Numbered from the stretch's first letter, positions 8,868 to 17,667 are shown. The stretch is 44,941 bases of DNA from Actinomycetota bacterium (GCA_035513995.1 DATKBL010000135.1:1-44941), one strand, 5' to 3'. A program made the numbers and translations. Notes: generated by a model not told the origin, from the letters alone.

Positions 8868-9242
8868 CTAGCGCGGGGGCGCGCCGCCGGCGCGCCCCAC
8901 GGCCTCGCGGATCCGCTCGGCCTCCCGACGCCAGGGGGCGGCCAGGCTCATCACGACCGACCGGTCCGGGAATCGCAGGCGCAGGGTGGTGTGGGCCCCG
9001 ACCTCGAACCCGTCCAGCCCGACCGAGCCCAGGGCCGCCGCGGCGACCAGGTGGCGGGGGCGCGTCGACCACATCGGCGCGCCCAGCACCAGGAGCCGCC
9101 GGTCGGTCAGCACCAGGAACCGGGGGACGCGCAGGAGGGGGGTGGGGACCTTGATCCCCTCGGCGACACCCCGGACCTCCTCGCCGGGCTCGAGCATCGG
9201 GGCGGCGGCCTCGCGGATCCGGGCCGCCCTGCGCTCGATCAT
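8868..9242 (-). CDS. hypothetical protein, possibly bacterial PH-like; paralog of 8451..8858
   Basis: The ATG at 9242 overlaps the stop of the nuclease gene (ATGA). 124 aa (MIERRAARIREAAAPMLEPGEEV...). This is the C-terminal part of track ORF 8868..10442. Confidence 0.6.
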   Translation of the reverse strand: MIERRAARIREAAAPMLEPGEEVRGVAEGIKVPTPLLRVPRFLVLTDRRLLVLGAPMWSTRPRHLVAAAALGSVGLDGFEVGAHTTLRLRFPDRSVVMSLAAPWRREAERIREAVGRAGGAPPR

Positions 9243-10354
9243 CTCCGGCTCCGGTCGAGCTCCCGGAGGTGGAGGGCGGTCGTCACGCGCACCGCCTCCC
9301 TCGAGGTGAGGAGCGCGTCCTCGACGTCGGGGGGAAGCTCCCGCCGCTCGATCATGTCGCCGAGGGCGCGAGGGTCCACGGTGAGGACCTCCTCGTACCG
9401 GCCGAGGGGCTCGAGGAGCTCGCGCACGCGCTCGGGATCGATCGCTTGCTCGACCCGGCGCACGAGCGAGACCGCGCCCTCCGTCCCGTAGAGCCGCTTC
9501 AGCCCGTGCTCCTCGGCATAGGCGCGGATCGTGGTCCCGAGCTCCTCGAGGCGCCGCCATCGCTCGCGGTCCTCGCGCTTCAGCCGCACCCACTCGTCGA
9601 TGGTCTCGCGGATCCGCGGCGGGCCGTCCTCCTCGTAGCGATGGCGGAAGACCGGGCACCGGGCCTGGAAGTCGCACCAGTCGCACAGCCGGTTCTCCCG
9701 CGCCTCGAACCGCCCGGCCTCGATCCGCTCGGCGACGCTCGCCACCTTCCCGCGAAGCTCGTCGAGCCGGGCGGGGGAGCGCGTGGTGGTCATCCGCTGA
9801 CCGGGCAGGAGGTAGTAGAGGGTGAGCCGCTCGGGCTCGATGCCCCACACCTCGCGGGCGGCCAGCGCGTAGATGGACAGCTGGAGGTCCTCCTCGATCA
9901 CGCGCTTCGGGGGGAGTCGCCGGCTCGTCTTGTAGTCGATGATCTCGTAGCCGCCGCCGGGGAGGCGGTCCATGCGGTCGATCACGCCCGACACCGTGAC
10001 GCCGTCGACGTCGATCGAGAAGTAGTGCTCCAGCGCGGCGGGGATCCGGTAGTCGGCCGCGTTGTCGAGGTGGTACTGGCGGAGCACCTGCCGCCCGTGC
10101 TCGCGGTAGGGGGTCTCCTCCTCCGGGGTCCGGAAGCCCTCGGAGACCCAGACGTCGTCGAGGATCTCGAGCAGCTCCTCGACCGGCGGGGCGACCGGCA
10201 CCGGGCGGTCGTGGAACCGATGGAGGGCCTCGTGGAGCGAGCTGCCGAACGACAGCGCGGGACTCGGAGCGGTGGGCAGCCGGTCCTCGTACTGGAACCG
10301 GAACTGCGCGGGACACCGCTCGTACGTGGAGATGCTCGAATAGGACAGGCGCAC
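9239..10354 (-). CDS. PD-(D/E)XK nuclease family protein with a Cas4/AddB-like four-cysteine cluster
   Basis: 371 aa. An N-terminal Cys (YERCPAQF) plus C-x2-C-x5-C (RLCDWCDFQARC) fits the Fe-S nuclease arrangement. The nuclease core is GVIDRMD...YEIIDYKTS and QLSIYALA. An extra helical tail of about 120 aa follows. Confidence 0.8.
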   Translation of the reverse strand: MRLSYSSISTYERCPAQFRFQYEDRLPTAPSPALSFGSSLHEALHRFHDRPVPVAPPVEELLEILDDVWVSEGFRTPEEETPYREHGRQVLRQYHLDNAADYRIPAALEHYFSIDVDGVTVSGVIDRMDRLPGGGYEIIDYKTSRRLPPKRVIEEDLQLSIYALAAREVWGIEPERLTLYYLLPGQRMTTTRSPARLDELRGKVASVAERIEAGRFEARENRLCDWCDFQARCPVFRHRYEEDGPPRIRETIDEWVRLKREDRERWRRLEELGTTIRAYAEEHGLKRLYGTEGAVSLVRRVEQAIDPERVRELLEPLGRYEEVLTVDPRALGDMIERRELPPDVEDALLTSREAVRVTTALHLRELDRSRR

Positions 10355-10365
10355 GCCGTCTCCCC

Positions 10366-10394
10366 TTGACCGGCCTCGGGCCGGAGTATAGATT
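10366..10394 (+). promoter_or_regulatory. candidate sigma-70-type promoter of dnaE (TTGACC-N17-TAGATT)
   Basis: TTGACC at 10366-10371 and TAGATT at 10389-10394 with a 17-nt spacer, in the only AT-richer patch of the divergent intergenic region. Confidence 0.45.
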
Positions 10395-10408
10395 TGGCGC
10401 GGCAGGAA

Positions 10409-10445
10409 TTACAAGGGTGTAATCAATCCACAGGTTTTCCACAGG
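10409..10445 (+). promoter_or_regulatory. repeat cluster in the dnaE leader: inverted repeat TTACA-N4-TGTAA and two DnaA-box-like direct repeats
   Basis: TTACAagggTGTAA lies at 10409-10422. CAATCCACA (10424-10432) and TTTTCCACA (10435-10443) are part of an exact 8-mer TCCACAGG repeated with an 11-nt period. The second matches TTATCCACA at 8 of 9 positions. Confidence 0.3.
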
Positions 10446-10480
10446 GGGCCCGTGGCCGAGCCTTCCCCGGAGCGAGCGCG

Positions 10481-13400
10481 GTGAGCAGGAGCTTCGTCCA
10501 TCTCCACACGCACACGGAGTTCTCGCTCCTCGACGGCTTCGCGCGCATCACGGCGGGCGGCGCTGCGGCGTCCCTGCTCGACCGGGCCGCAGAGATGGGC
10601 ATGCCGGCGATCGGTCTCACCGACCACGGCGTCATGTTCGGGGCGCTCGACTTCTACCGGGAGGCGCGGGCGAGAGGCATCAAGCCGATCCTCGGCGTCG
10701 AGGCCTACGTCGCGCCGGGCTCCCGGTTCGACCGGAACCCCGGCGAGGACGAGGCCAAGTACCGCCACCTCACGATCCTGGCCCGCGACGAGCGGGGCTA
10801 TCGCAACCTCCTGCGGCTCGTCTCCGACGGCCACCTCGAGGGCTTCTACCACCGGCCCCGGATCGACAAGGAGCTGCTGGCCCGGCACGCCGAAGGGCTG
10901 ATCGGGCTCTCGGGCTGCCTGGCGGGGGAGGTCTGCCGCAACCTGCTCGCGGGCCAGGAGCGGAAGGCCGAGGAGGCGGCCGCGACCTACCTCGACATCT
11001 TCGGCCAGGGGTCCTTCTACATGGAGCTCCAGGACCACGGTCTCGCCGACCAGGCGCGGGTCACACCGACGCTCCTCGAGATCGCGAAGCGGCTGGCGAT
11101 CCCGCTCGTGGCCACGAACGACCTCCACTACACCGACAAGGAGGACCATCAGGCCCACGACGTTCTCCTCTGCATCCAGCAGCACGGCAAGGTCCTCACC
11201 GACACGAACAGGCTCCGGTTCGAGACCGAGGAGTTCTATCTGAAGTCTTCCGAGGAGATGCGCGAGGTGTTCCGCGAGCTCCCGGAGGCCTGCGACGCCA
11301 CGCTCGAGATCGCCGAGTCGGTGGAGCCGATCCACGACCTCGAGCGCGTGCTCGTCCAGGGCGAGGTGGCCCACCTCCTTCCCCGCCTGGAGCCGCCTGC
11401 GGGGAAGGACCAGGACTCCTACCTCCGCGAGCTCGTGGAGGAGGGCGCCCGGGAGCGGTACGGCGAGATCGGCCCCGACGTGCGAGCGAGGCTCGACCAC
11501 GAGCTGGCGATCATCATCGAGATGGGGTTCGCCGGCTACTTCCTGATCGTCTGGGACCTGATCCGCTTCGCGCGCGAGCGTGGGATCAGGGTGGGGCCGG
11601 GGCGGGGCTCGGCGGCCGGCTCGGTGGTCTCGTACTGCCTGCGCATCACCGACCTCGACCCCCTCCGCTACGGCCTGATCTTCGAGCGCTTCCTCAACCC
11701 CGAGCGGAAGCAGATGCCCGACATCGACATGGACTTCGATGAGCGCCGGCGCGACGAGGTGATCCGCTACGTCGCCGACACGTACGGGCACGACCACGTC
11801 GCGCAGATCATCACGTTCCAGACGATCAAGGGGAAGCAGGGGATCCGCGACGCGGCGCGGGTGCTGGGGTTCCCCGCGGCGATGGGCGACAAGCTGTGCA
11901 AGATGTTTCCGCAGGCCGTCCTCGGTCGCGAGTACCCGATCCAGAAGGCGCTCGAGATCTCCAGCGAGCTGAAGGAGGCGTACGACCGCGAGGACGACGC
12001 GCGCACGATCATCGACACCGCGCGCGCGCTCGAGGGGCTCCGGCGCGAGGATTCGGTGCACGCCGCCGGCGTGGTGATCGGAGACCGCCCGCTCGTCAAC
12101 TACCTCCCCCTGAAGCTCTCGAAGGACTCGCGGGACGACTCGAAGCGCGTCGTCACGCAATTCGACATGCACGGGGTCGAGAAGCTTGGTCTCCTCAAGA
12201 TGGACTTCCTCGGGCTCCGGAACCTGTCGGTGATCGACGACACGGCGCGGATGCTCCGCGACCAGGGCGTGGACCTCGACATCGACCACGTGGCGCTCGA
12301 CGACGAGGACACCTACGCGATGCTGGGGCGCGGCGAGACCACCGGTGTCTTCCAGCTCGAGGGCGAGGGGATGCGCTCCTTGATCCGCCAGCTCCTCCCG
12401 AACCGGTTCGAGGACCTGATGGCGCTCGTCTCGCTGTACCGACCGGGCCCGCTGAACGCGGGGATGCACGTCGAGTACGCGGAGCGGAAGCACGGGCGGA
12501 AGCCGGTCTCCTACCCCCACCCCGACCTCGAGCCGGTGCTCAAGGACACCTACGGGATCATCGTCTACCAGGAGCAGGTCATGGAGATCGCCGTGCGCAT
12601 GGCCGGCTACTCCATGGGCGAGGCCGACCTCCTCCGGAAGGCGATGGGGAAGAAGATACGCGAGGAGCTGGTCCCCCAACGGGAGAAGTTCGTCGCGGGG
12701 GCGACGGCCCGGGGCTACGAGGGGCGGCTGGCCAACGAGATCTTCGACCTGATCATGCCGTTCGCCGACTACGGGTTCAACGCCTCGCACGCGTGCGGGT
12801 ACGCGCTGGTGGCCTACCAGACCGCGTACCTGCGGGCCCACCATCCCGTCGAGTACATGGCGGCGCTGCTGACGAGCGTCAAGGACGACAAGGACAAGAA
12901 GCCCTTCTACCTGAACGCCTGCCGCATCGCCGACATCCGGGTGCTGCCGCCCGACGTGAACGCGTCGGCCGTCGACTTCACCCCGGTCGGGGGCGAGGTG
13001 CGGTACGGCCTCTCGGCGGTGCGCAACGTCGGGGCGGGGGCCGTCGAGCAGATCATCGCGGCGCGGCGGGAGAAGGGCGAGTTCACCTCGTTCGCGGACT
13101 TCTGCCGGAAGGTGGACCCCTCGGTGCTCCACAAGAAGGTCCTGGAGAGCCTGACCCTGGCCGGCGCCTTCGAGTCGCTCGGGCACACGCGCAGGGGCCT
13201 GCTGGAGGCCTACGATCGGGTGGCCGGACCGATCGTCTCGCAGCGCCGCGCCGAGGCGGCGGGGCAGTTCTCGCTCTTCGGCCAGGGCGAGCGGGCCTCC
13301 GAGGAGATCGACGAGGCGGTGCTCGAGGGCCCCGAGTTCGAGAAGCAGGAGCTGCTGGCGCTGGAGAAGCAGGTGCTCGGGCAGTACGTGACCGACCACC

Positions 13401-14032
13401 CCCTGCTCGCCGTGCGGGGACGCCTCGAGGCCCAGGCCGACGTCGACACGTCCGCCCTCGCCACGCTCGGTGACGGCGACGTCGTCACCGTCGGTGGGAT
13501 CATCGGGGCGGTGAACCGCAGGTTCACGAAGAAGGGCGAGCCGTACGCCCTGCTGCGGCTCGAGGACCTCGTCGGAGGGGTGCAGGTGGTCGCGTTCCCG
13601 TCGGTGTTCGAGAAGGTGACCGACCTGCTCGTGCCCGATCGGATCGTCCTCGTGCGCGGGAGGGTGGACCTCCGGGGGAGGGAGCTCCAGCTCGTGGCGA
13701 TGGAGATCGGGGCGCTCGACGACTCCGAGGAGGCGCCGCCGCCCGGCGAGCCGATCCTGCTGGACGTCCCGGCCGAGCAGTGCACCGACGGGCTCGCCAC
13801 GGCGCTGAAGGAGGTCCTGTCGGGGCACCCCGGACGCCTCGCCGTCCACCTCCGGCTCCGATCGAACGGGAGCGCGAAGCTGCTACGGCTCGCCGACGGC
13901 TACCGGGTGGACGGCTCCGCGGGGCTCCTGTCGGAGCTCCGCGTCCTGCTGGGCGCGGGGGCCGTCGGGCGCGCGGGAGCCGGGGCGGTCGTTGACGGGC
14001 CCCGGCGGGGCCGTGAGAATGAGCCGACCTGA
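10481..14032 (+). CDS. dnaE: DNA polymerase III alpha subunit
   Basis: The GTG at 10481 gives VSRSFVHLHTHTEFSLLDG (PHP domain N-terminus). The ORF is colinear with DnaE throughout (GPGRGSAAGS, FLGLRNL, OB-fold C-terminus). The ORF-track TTG at 10394 would add a non-conserved extension. Confidence 0.95.
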   Translation: MSRSFVHLHTHTEFSLLDGFARITAGGAAASLLDRAAEMGMPAIGLTDHGVMFGALDFYREARARGIKPILGVEAYVAPGSRFDRNPGEDEAKYRHLTILARDERGYRNLLRLVSDGHLEGFYHRPRIDKELLARHAEGLIGLSGCLAGEVCRNLLAGQERKAEEAAATYLDIFGQGSFYMELQDHGLADQARVTPTLLEIAKRLAIPLVATNDLHYTDKEDHQAHDVLLCIQQHGKVLTDTNRLRFETEEFYLKSSEEMREVFRELPEACDATLEIAESVEPIHDLERVLVQGEVAHLLPRLEPPAGKDQDSYLRELVEEGARERYGEIGPDVRARLDHELAIIIEMGFAGYFLIVWDLIRFARERGIRVGPGRGSAAGSVVSYCLRITDLDPLRYGLIFERFLNPERKQMPDIDMDFDERRRDEVIRYVADTYGHDHVAQIITFQTIKGKQGIRDAARVLGFPAAMGDKLCKMFPQAVLGREYPIQKALEISSELKEAYDREDDARTIIDTARALEGLRREDSVHAAGVVIGDRPLVNYLPLKLSKDSRDDSKRVVTQFDMHGVEKLGLLKMDFLGLRNLSVIDDTARMLRDQGVDLDIDHVALDDEDTYAMLGRGETTGVFQLEGEGMRSLIRQLLPNRFEDLMALVSLYRPGPLNAGMHVEYAERKHGRKPVSYPHPDLEPVLKDTYGIIVYQEQVMEIAVRMAGYSMGEADLLRKAMGKKIREELVPQREKFVAGATARGYEGRLANEIFDLIMPFADYGFNASHACGYALVAYQTAYLRAHHPVEYMAALLTSVKDDKDKKPFYLNACRIADIRVLPPDVNASAVDFTPVGGEVRYGLSAVRNVGAGAVEQIIAARREKGEFTSFADFCRKVDPSVLHKKVLESLTLAGAFESLGHTRRGLLEAYDRVAGPIVSQRRAEAAGQFSLFGQGERASEEIDEAVLEGPEFEKQELLALEKQVLGQYVTDHPLLAVRGRLEAQADVDTSALATLGDGDVVTVGGIIGAVNRRFTKKGEPYALLRLEDLVGGVQVVAFPSVFEKVTDLLVPDRIVLVRGRVDLRGRELQLVAMEIGALDDSEEAPPPGEPILLDVPAEQCTDGLATALKEVLSGHPGRLAVHLRLRSNGSAKLLRLADGYRVDGSAGLLSELRVLLGAGAVGRAGAGAVVDGPRRGRENEPT

Positions 14033-14059
14033 CCTGAGGGAGGGACCGTGGGAGCGGAC

Positions 14060-14572
14060 ATGACCACTCCGGAGCGTTCCGGGGGTTCGAGCGGAACCGT
14101 TGCGGGGATCGTCACCGCGATCGGCGGGGCGCTGTTGGCGATCGGAACCTTCCTACCCTTCGCCACTGTCGACGCGTTCGGCTTCTCGGAGTCGGTGACC
14201 GGGATGGACACCGACAGCAGCTGGTTTTACCTGGGCTCGGGCGTGGTGCTGCTCGTCCTGGGGATCGTGATCCTGATGATGCGGCAGGCCGGGATCCGGC
14301 GGATCGTCGGCGTGATCGGCGTGATCGTCGCGGGGCTGATGACGATCGTGTCGATCATGGACATCATGGGCCTCGACGACGATATCCCCGCCGAGGCGGC
14401 CGGCCAGCTGACGGTCACGGCAGGCATCGGCCTGTACATGGCGGTCGCCGGCGCGGTCGTGGCGCTGGTCGGGAGCGGCATGGCCTTGTTCGCCAAGGGC
14501 GAGGCGCCCCACATGGCGGCGCCCCCGCCGCCGCCTCCCGCCACCACCCCGCCCCCGCCGCCGGCGGGCTAG
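14060..14572 (+). CDS. hypothetical integral membrane protein with a proline-rich C-terminal tail
   Basis: Four hydrophobic segments and a C-terminus of PPPPPPATTPPPPPAG. High GC3. Start is ATG 14060 (GGGAG 5 nt upstream) or GTG 14048. Confidence 0.7.
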   Translation: MTTPERSGGSSGTVAGIVTAIGGALLAIGTFLPFATVDAFGFSESVTGMDTDSSWFYLGSGVVLLVLGIVILMMRQAGIRRIVGVIGVIVAGLMTIVSIMDIMGLDDDIPAEAAGQLTVTAGIGLYMAVAGAVVALVGSGMALFAKGEAPHMAAPPPPPPATTPPPPPAG

Positions 14573-15576
14573 GGCCGACGGGTGGGCGGCCGGCGCGCCG
14601 CGGGGCGCCGGCCGCCCACCACGGGATAGAGCTCCGCGGGCTCTCGGGCCCACTCGTGCACGACCCTCCGCTCGAGCCATCCCAGGATGGGATCGAGGCA
14701 CACGCTCCGCAGGCGGGCGAAGGTGCCGCTCCCGCGGGGGAGCAGGCGGTTGGCGAGCGCCGGGCCCCTTCCCATCGGGGTCGCCAGCAGGCCGCGGGCG
14801 AGGAAGGGCATCAGATCGTGGGCCGAGCCCAGGCGGGCGCTCACGTCCCGGCGGCCCGTCCGCTCCGCGACGCCCTTGGCGGCCGTCCTGGCCGCGTGGG
14901 GGGCTTCGGCGAAGCGGATCGTGACGTTCGCGGGGAACGGGTGGGCGAGTGGTTCGGGGACCCCCCCCAGGGCGTCGCGTACGGTCTCGGCGATCTCATC
15001 GCGGGCGTCCTGGGGCGGGCGGAGGATCGCCGAGGTGCGCGAGGTCCCCGCCTTCACGGCCACGGCCGGGATCTCCGGGAGGAGCCCGGCGGCCTCCTCC
15101 ACGGCACGAGAGTCGCCGGTGATGGCGGCCACGGGAACGCCTTCGGCGCCCAGCGCGATCGCCCAGAGCACGGCCTCGGAGACCGGAACCCCGTCGATCA
15201 GGACCGACATGCCCATCCAGAACGTGTGGCTGAGGAAGCCCTCGGGGTTTCCCGCGCCGGCGTGAACCCCGACCAGGATCGCCGCGTCGGGCCGGCCGAG
15301 GCTCTCGATCCTGATCGACGGGCGCCCAAGGCGCCACAGCCTGCGGATGGGGAGGTCGGGGAAGGCCGCGGCTGGAACGTTCCGTCCCAGGTAGTGCCAG
15401 TCGGCGATCCCCACCTCGGCGGCGCCGGCCTCCAGCGCAGCCTCGACCGCCGCCCCCACGTCCCCGACCAGCATCCGGACCCCGTGGCGGTACTCGGACG
15501 TCCAGCCGGGGAAGCACTGCTGGTAGCGATCGACCCCGGAGAGCCCTTCCATGTCGGCACACACGGCGACGCGCAT
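14569..15576 (-). CDS. M55 family metallopeptidase (DppA-like D-aminopeptidase) with a C-terminal extension
   Basis: The ATG at 15576 gives MRVAVCADMEGLSGV, the characteristic M55 N-terminus. The upstream part of track ORF 14569..15690 is Arg/Pro-rich and would run into the tRNA. Confidence 0.8.
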   Translation of the reverse strand: MRVAVCADMEGLSGVDRYQQCFPGWTSEYRHGVRMLVGDVGAAVEAALEAGAAEVGIADWHYLGRNVPAAAFPDLPIRRLWRLGRPSIRIESLGRPDAAILVGVHAGAGNPEGFLSHTFWMGMSVLIDGVPVSEAVLWAIALGAEGVPVAAITGDSRAVEEAAGLLPEIPAVAVKAGTSRTSAILRPPQDARDEIAETVRDALGGVPEPLAHPFPANVTIRFAEAPHAARTAAKGVAERTGRRDVSARLGSAHDLMPFLARGLLATPMGRGPALANRLLPRGSGTFARLRSVCLDPILGWLERRVVHEWAREPAELYPVVGGRRPAARRPPTRRP

Positions 15577-15653
15577 GCGGGCATCGTCCCACGGGCCCGG
15601 CCGCCCGGCCACGCGGCTTCGAGTCCGTCCTCGCGGTACACTCGGAACCGCCG

Positions 15654-15727
15654 GCCGGGGTAGCCCAATCGGCAGAGGCCGCCGGCTCAAACCCGGCGCA
15701 GTGTGGGTTCGAGTCCCACCCCCGGCA
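15654..15727 (+). tRNA. tRNA gene. The manual fold gives anticodon CAA with a 5-nt variable loop, so the isotype is ambiguous.
   Basis: The acceptor GCCGGGG/CCCCGGC has 7 bp and the discriminator is A. The T arm is GTGGG-TTCGAGT-CCCAC. The anticodon arm is GCCGG-CTCAAAC-CCGGC. G18 and G19 are present and the D stem has only 3 clean pairs. CCA is not encoded. Confidence 0.85.
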
Positions 15728-15785
15728 CCTCGCGGCCAGGCTTGCGGCAGGGGTCCGGGTTCCTTAGACTTTCGCGAACCTCGTC

Positions 15786-16067
15786 ATGGATGAGACCACC
15801 GGACACCTCCCTGCGGACGCCCGCGAGATCCAGCGCGCGCGCACCCAGCGCTCGATCCTGCGGGATCGTCTCGCCGAGCGCCGCGACCGGGCCGCGGACC
15901 TGTGGGTCCGGGCCCTCGTCTCCGAGATCCCGCTGGCGGACCGCGCCTACCGCCTCGCCGAGGAGGAGTGCCGCCGCATCGAGGCGGAGGTCGCCCTGGT
16001 CGAGGAACGTCTCCGCGCCCTCGACCCCGAGCCTGTCGGGCCCGCGCTGCCCGGGGCGTCGCCGTGA
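15786..16067 (+). CDS. hypothetical small helical protein (93 aa)
   Basis: ATG start and strongly GC3-biased codons in this frame. Predicted coiled-coil-like, Arg/Glu-rich sequence. No family recognised. Confidence 0.5.
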   Translation: MDETTGHLPADAREIQRARTQRSILRDRLAERRDRAADLWVRALVSEIPLADRAYRLAEEECRRIEAEVALVEERLRALDPEPVGPALPGASP

Positions 16068-16333
16068 TCCCCAATCCCCAGGGGCTCGCCTCGCGTACAC
16101 ACCATCGAGGGGTCGCGCGCGCCGAAGCGGGTCTCGGCCGATCGGCCGATCATGAGGTCGGACGGCCCTCACCTGGCAATCGGCGCGGCGATGTGGTAAT
16201 TGAAGCCCGGCTTGCTCGGGAGACGCGCAGGCCGGGATCCGGGTTGGAGAAAGGAGGGAGGCAGCCGATCATCTCCGTGCCGTGACATTCGTTCACGGAG
16301 ACCGCATGCAAGGACGGTAACAAGGGAGGAAGA

Positions 16334-17608
16334 ATGAAGCATCGCAAATGGTTGGTACTCTCGTCGCTCCTCGGTGTCCTGGTGCTCGTCGCCGCGGCCT
16401 GCAACGGAGACGATGGCGGGACGGTCAATGGCGACAACGGACCGGAGTGCCCGGAGGGCGACACGTGCGTCGAGATCGGCGCGGGTGAAGCCATCAGGGT
16501 CGGGACTCTCCTCGTCATCACGGGTGAGAACGCGAGCCTGGGCCTCGACAGCCAGCACGGTGTCGAGCTGGCCCTGGACTACTGGGGGGACGAAGCCTTC
16601 GACGGCACGGCTGGCCAGGTCGCCGGGCACGACATCGAGCTCGTGAACGAGGACGACGGCTGCTCCGCCGAAGGCGGGACAGCGGGCGCCACGGCGCTCG
16701 CCTCGGACCCGTCCATCGTGGCGGTCGTGGGGACGAGCTGCTCGAGCGCCGGCGAGCCGGCGGCGCAGATCCTGTCGGATGCGCAGGTCGCAGTGGTGTC
16801 GCCGTCGAACACGGCGCCGTCGCTGACGGACCCCGCGACCCACCAGGAGTTCTACCTGCGGACCGCGCACAACGACAAGGTCCAGGGCGCGGCCATGGCG
16901 CAGTTCGTGGCGGAGGAGCTCGGTGTGACCACCGCGGCGACGATCCACGACGGGAGCCCCTACGCCGACCAGCTCCAGCAGGTGTTCGCGGACACCCTCA
17001 CGAGCGAGTACGGCGGCGAGGTGACCACGCAGGAGGGCATCCAGGTTGGCGACACGGACTTCGGTCCGCTGCTCAACAGCATCGCGGCGGACAGCCCGGA
17101 GTTCCTGTACTTCCCGATCTTCGTGGCCGAGGGTGGTCTCATCACCGCCCAGGCACGTGAGATCGGCGGTCTGGACGACACCGACCTGGGTGGTGCCGAC
17201 GGCATGCTCACCCCGGACTGGATCGACGCGGCCGGCGCGGACAGCGCCGAGGGCGTCTTCCTTTCTGGGCCGGACCTCGGGTTCGCGGGTGGCTTCTACG
17301 AGGCTGACTTCATCCCCGCGTACAACGAGCAGTTCGGTGAGCCCACGTCGGTGTTCCACGCGCACTCCTTCGACGCCGCGAACCTGATCTTCCAGGCGAT
17401 CGAGGAGGTGGCGATCGAGGATGGGGACGGCCTGCTGATCCCCCGCGTCGCGCTGAAGGACGCGCTGTTCTCGATCACCGGGTACGAAGGGATCGTGGGA
17501 AGCCTCGACTGCACGCCGACCGATGACGCGATCGGCGACTGCAACGCGGGCGCCACGATCACCGTCAGCGAGGTCCAGGGCGGCGACTTCGAGGTCGTGT
17601 GGCCGTAG
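16334..17608 (+). CDS. HAAT-family (Liv-type) ABC transporter substrate-binding lipoprotein
   Basis: Signal peptide plus lipobox LVAAAC. Periplasmic-binding type-I pattern (IRVGTLLVITGENASLG, VVGTSCSS). SD AGGGAGGAAG upstream of the ATG. Confidence 0.9.
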   Translation: MKHRKWLVLSSLLGVLVLVAAACNGDDGGTVNGDNGPECPEGDTCVEIGAGEAIRVGTLLVITGENASLGLDSQHGVELALDYWGDEAFDGTAGQVAGHDIELVNEDDGCSAEGGTAGATALASDPSIVAVVGTSCSSAGEPAAQILSDAQVAVVSPSNTAPSLTDPATHQEFYLRTAHNDKVQGAAMAQFVAEELGVTTAATIHDGSPYADQLQQVFADTLTSEYGGEVTTQEGIQVGDTDFGPLLNSIAADSPEFLYFPIFVAEGGLITAQAREIGGLDDTDLGGADGMLTPDWIDAAGADSAEGVFLSGPDLGFAGGFYEADFIPAYNEQFGEPTSVFHAHSFDAANLIFQAIEEVAIEDGDGLLIPRVALKDALFSITGYEGIVGSLDCTPTDDAIGDCNAGATITVSEVQGGDFEVVWP

Positions 17609-17667
17609 GACAAGACAGAGGGCGAGATCGCGTACTGACGCGATAGCCCGCGTTCGGGCGGGTGGTT

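Noticed and set aside
10394-10480. The TTG 10394 start for dnaE and the long upstream extensions of several track ORFs (1260, 7026, 14569..15690, 17666, 19552, 20628, 23225, 24922, 27204..28610, 30637..32391, 36071, 36263..38065).
   Set aside because: The extensions are non-conserved and Arg/Pro-rich, and they overlap the upstream gene. Internal ATG or GTG codons that coincide with the upstream stop codons and with conserved family N-termini are better starts.
16152-16199. A possible 15-codon leader peptide (MRSDGPHLAIGAAMW), the GCCGATCAT and GGCCGATC repeats, and the 8-bp hairpin (16272-16301) upstream of the Liv-type operon, considered as an attenuator or riboswitch.
   Set aside because: There is no run of regulatory codons, no SD and no terminator/antiterminator alternative. 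There is no match to a riboswitch core I recognise. The evidence is too weak to call.
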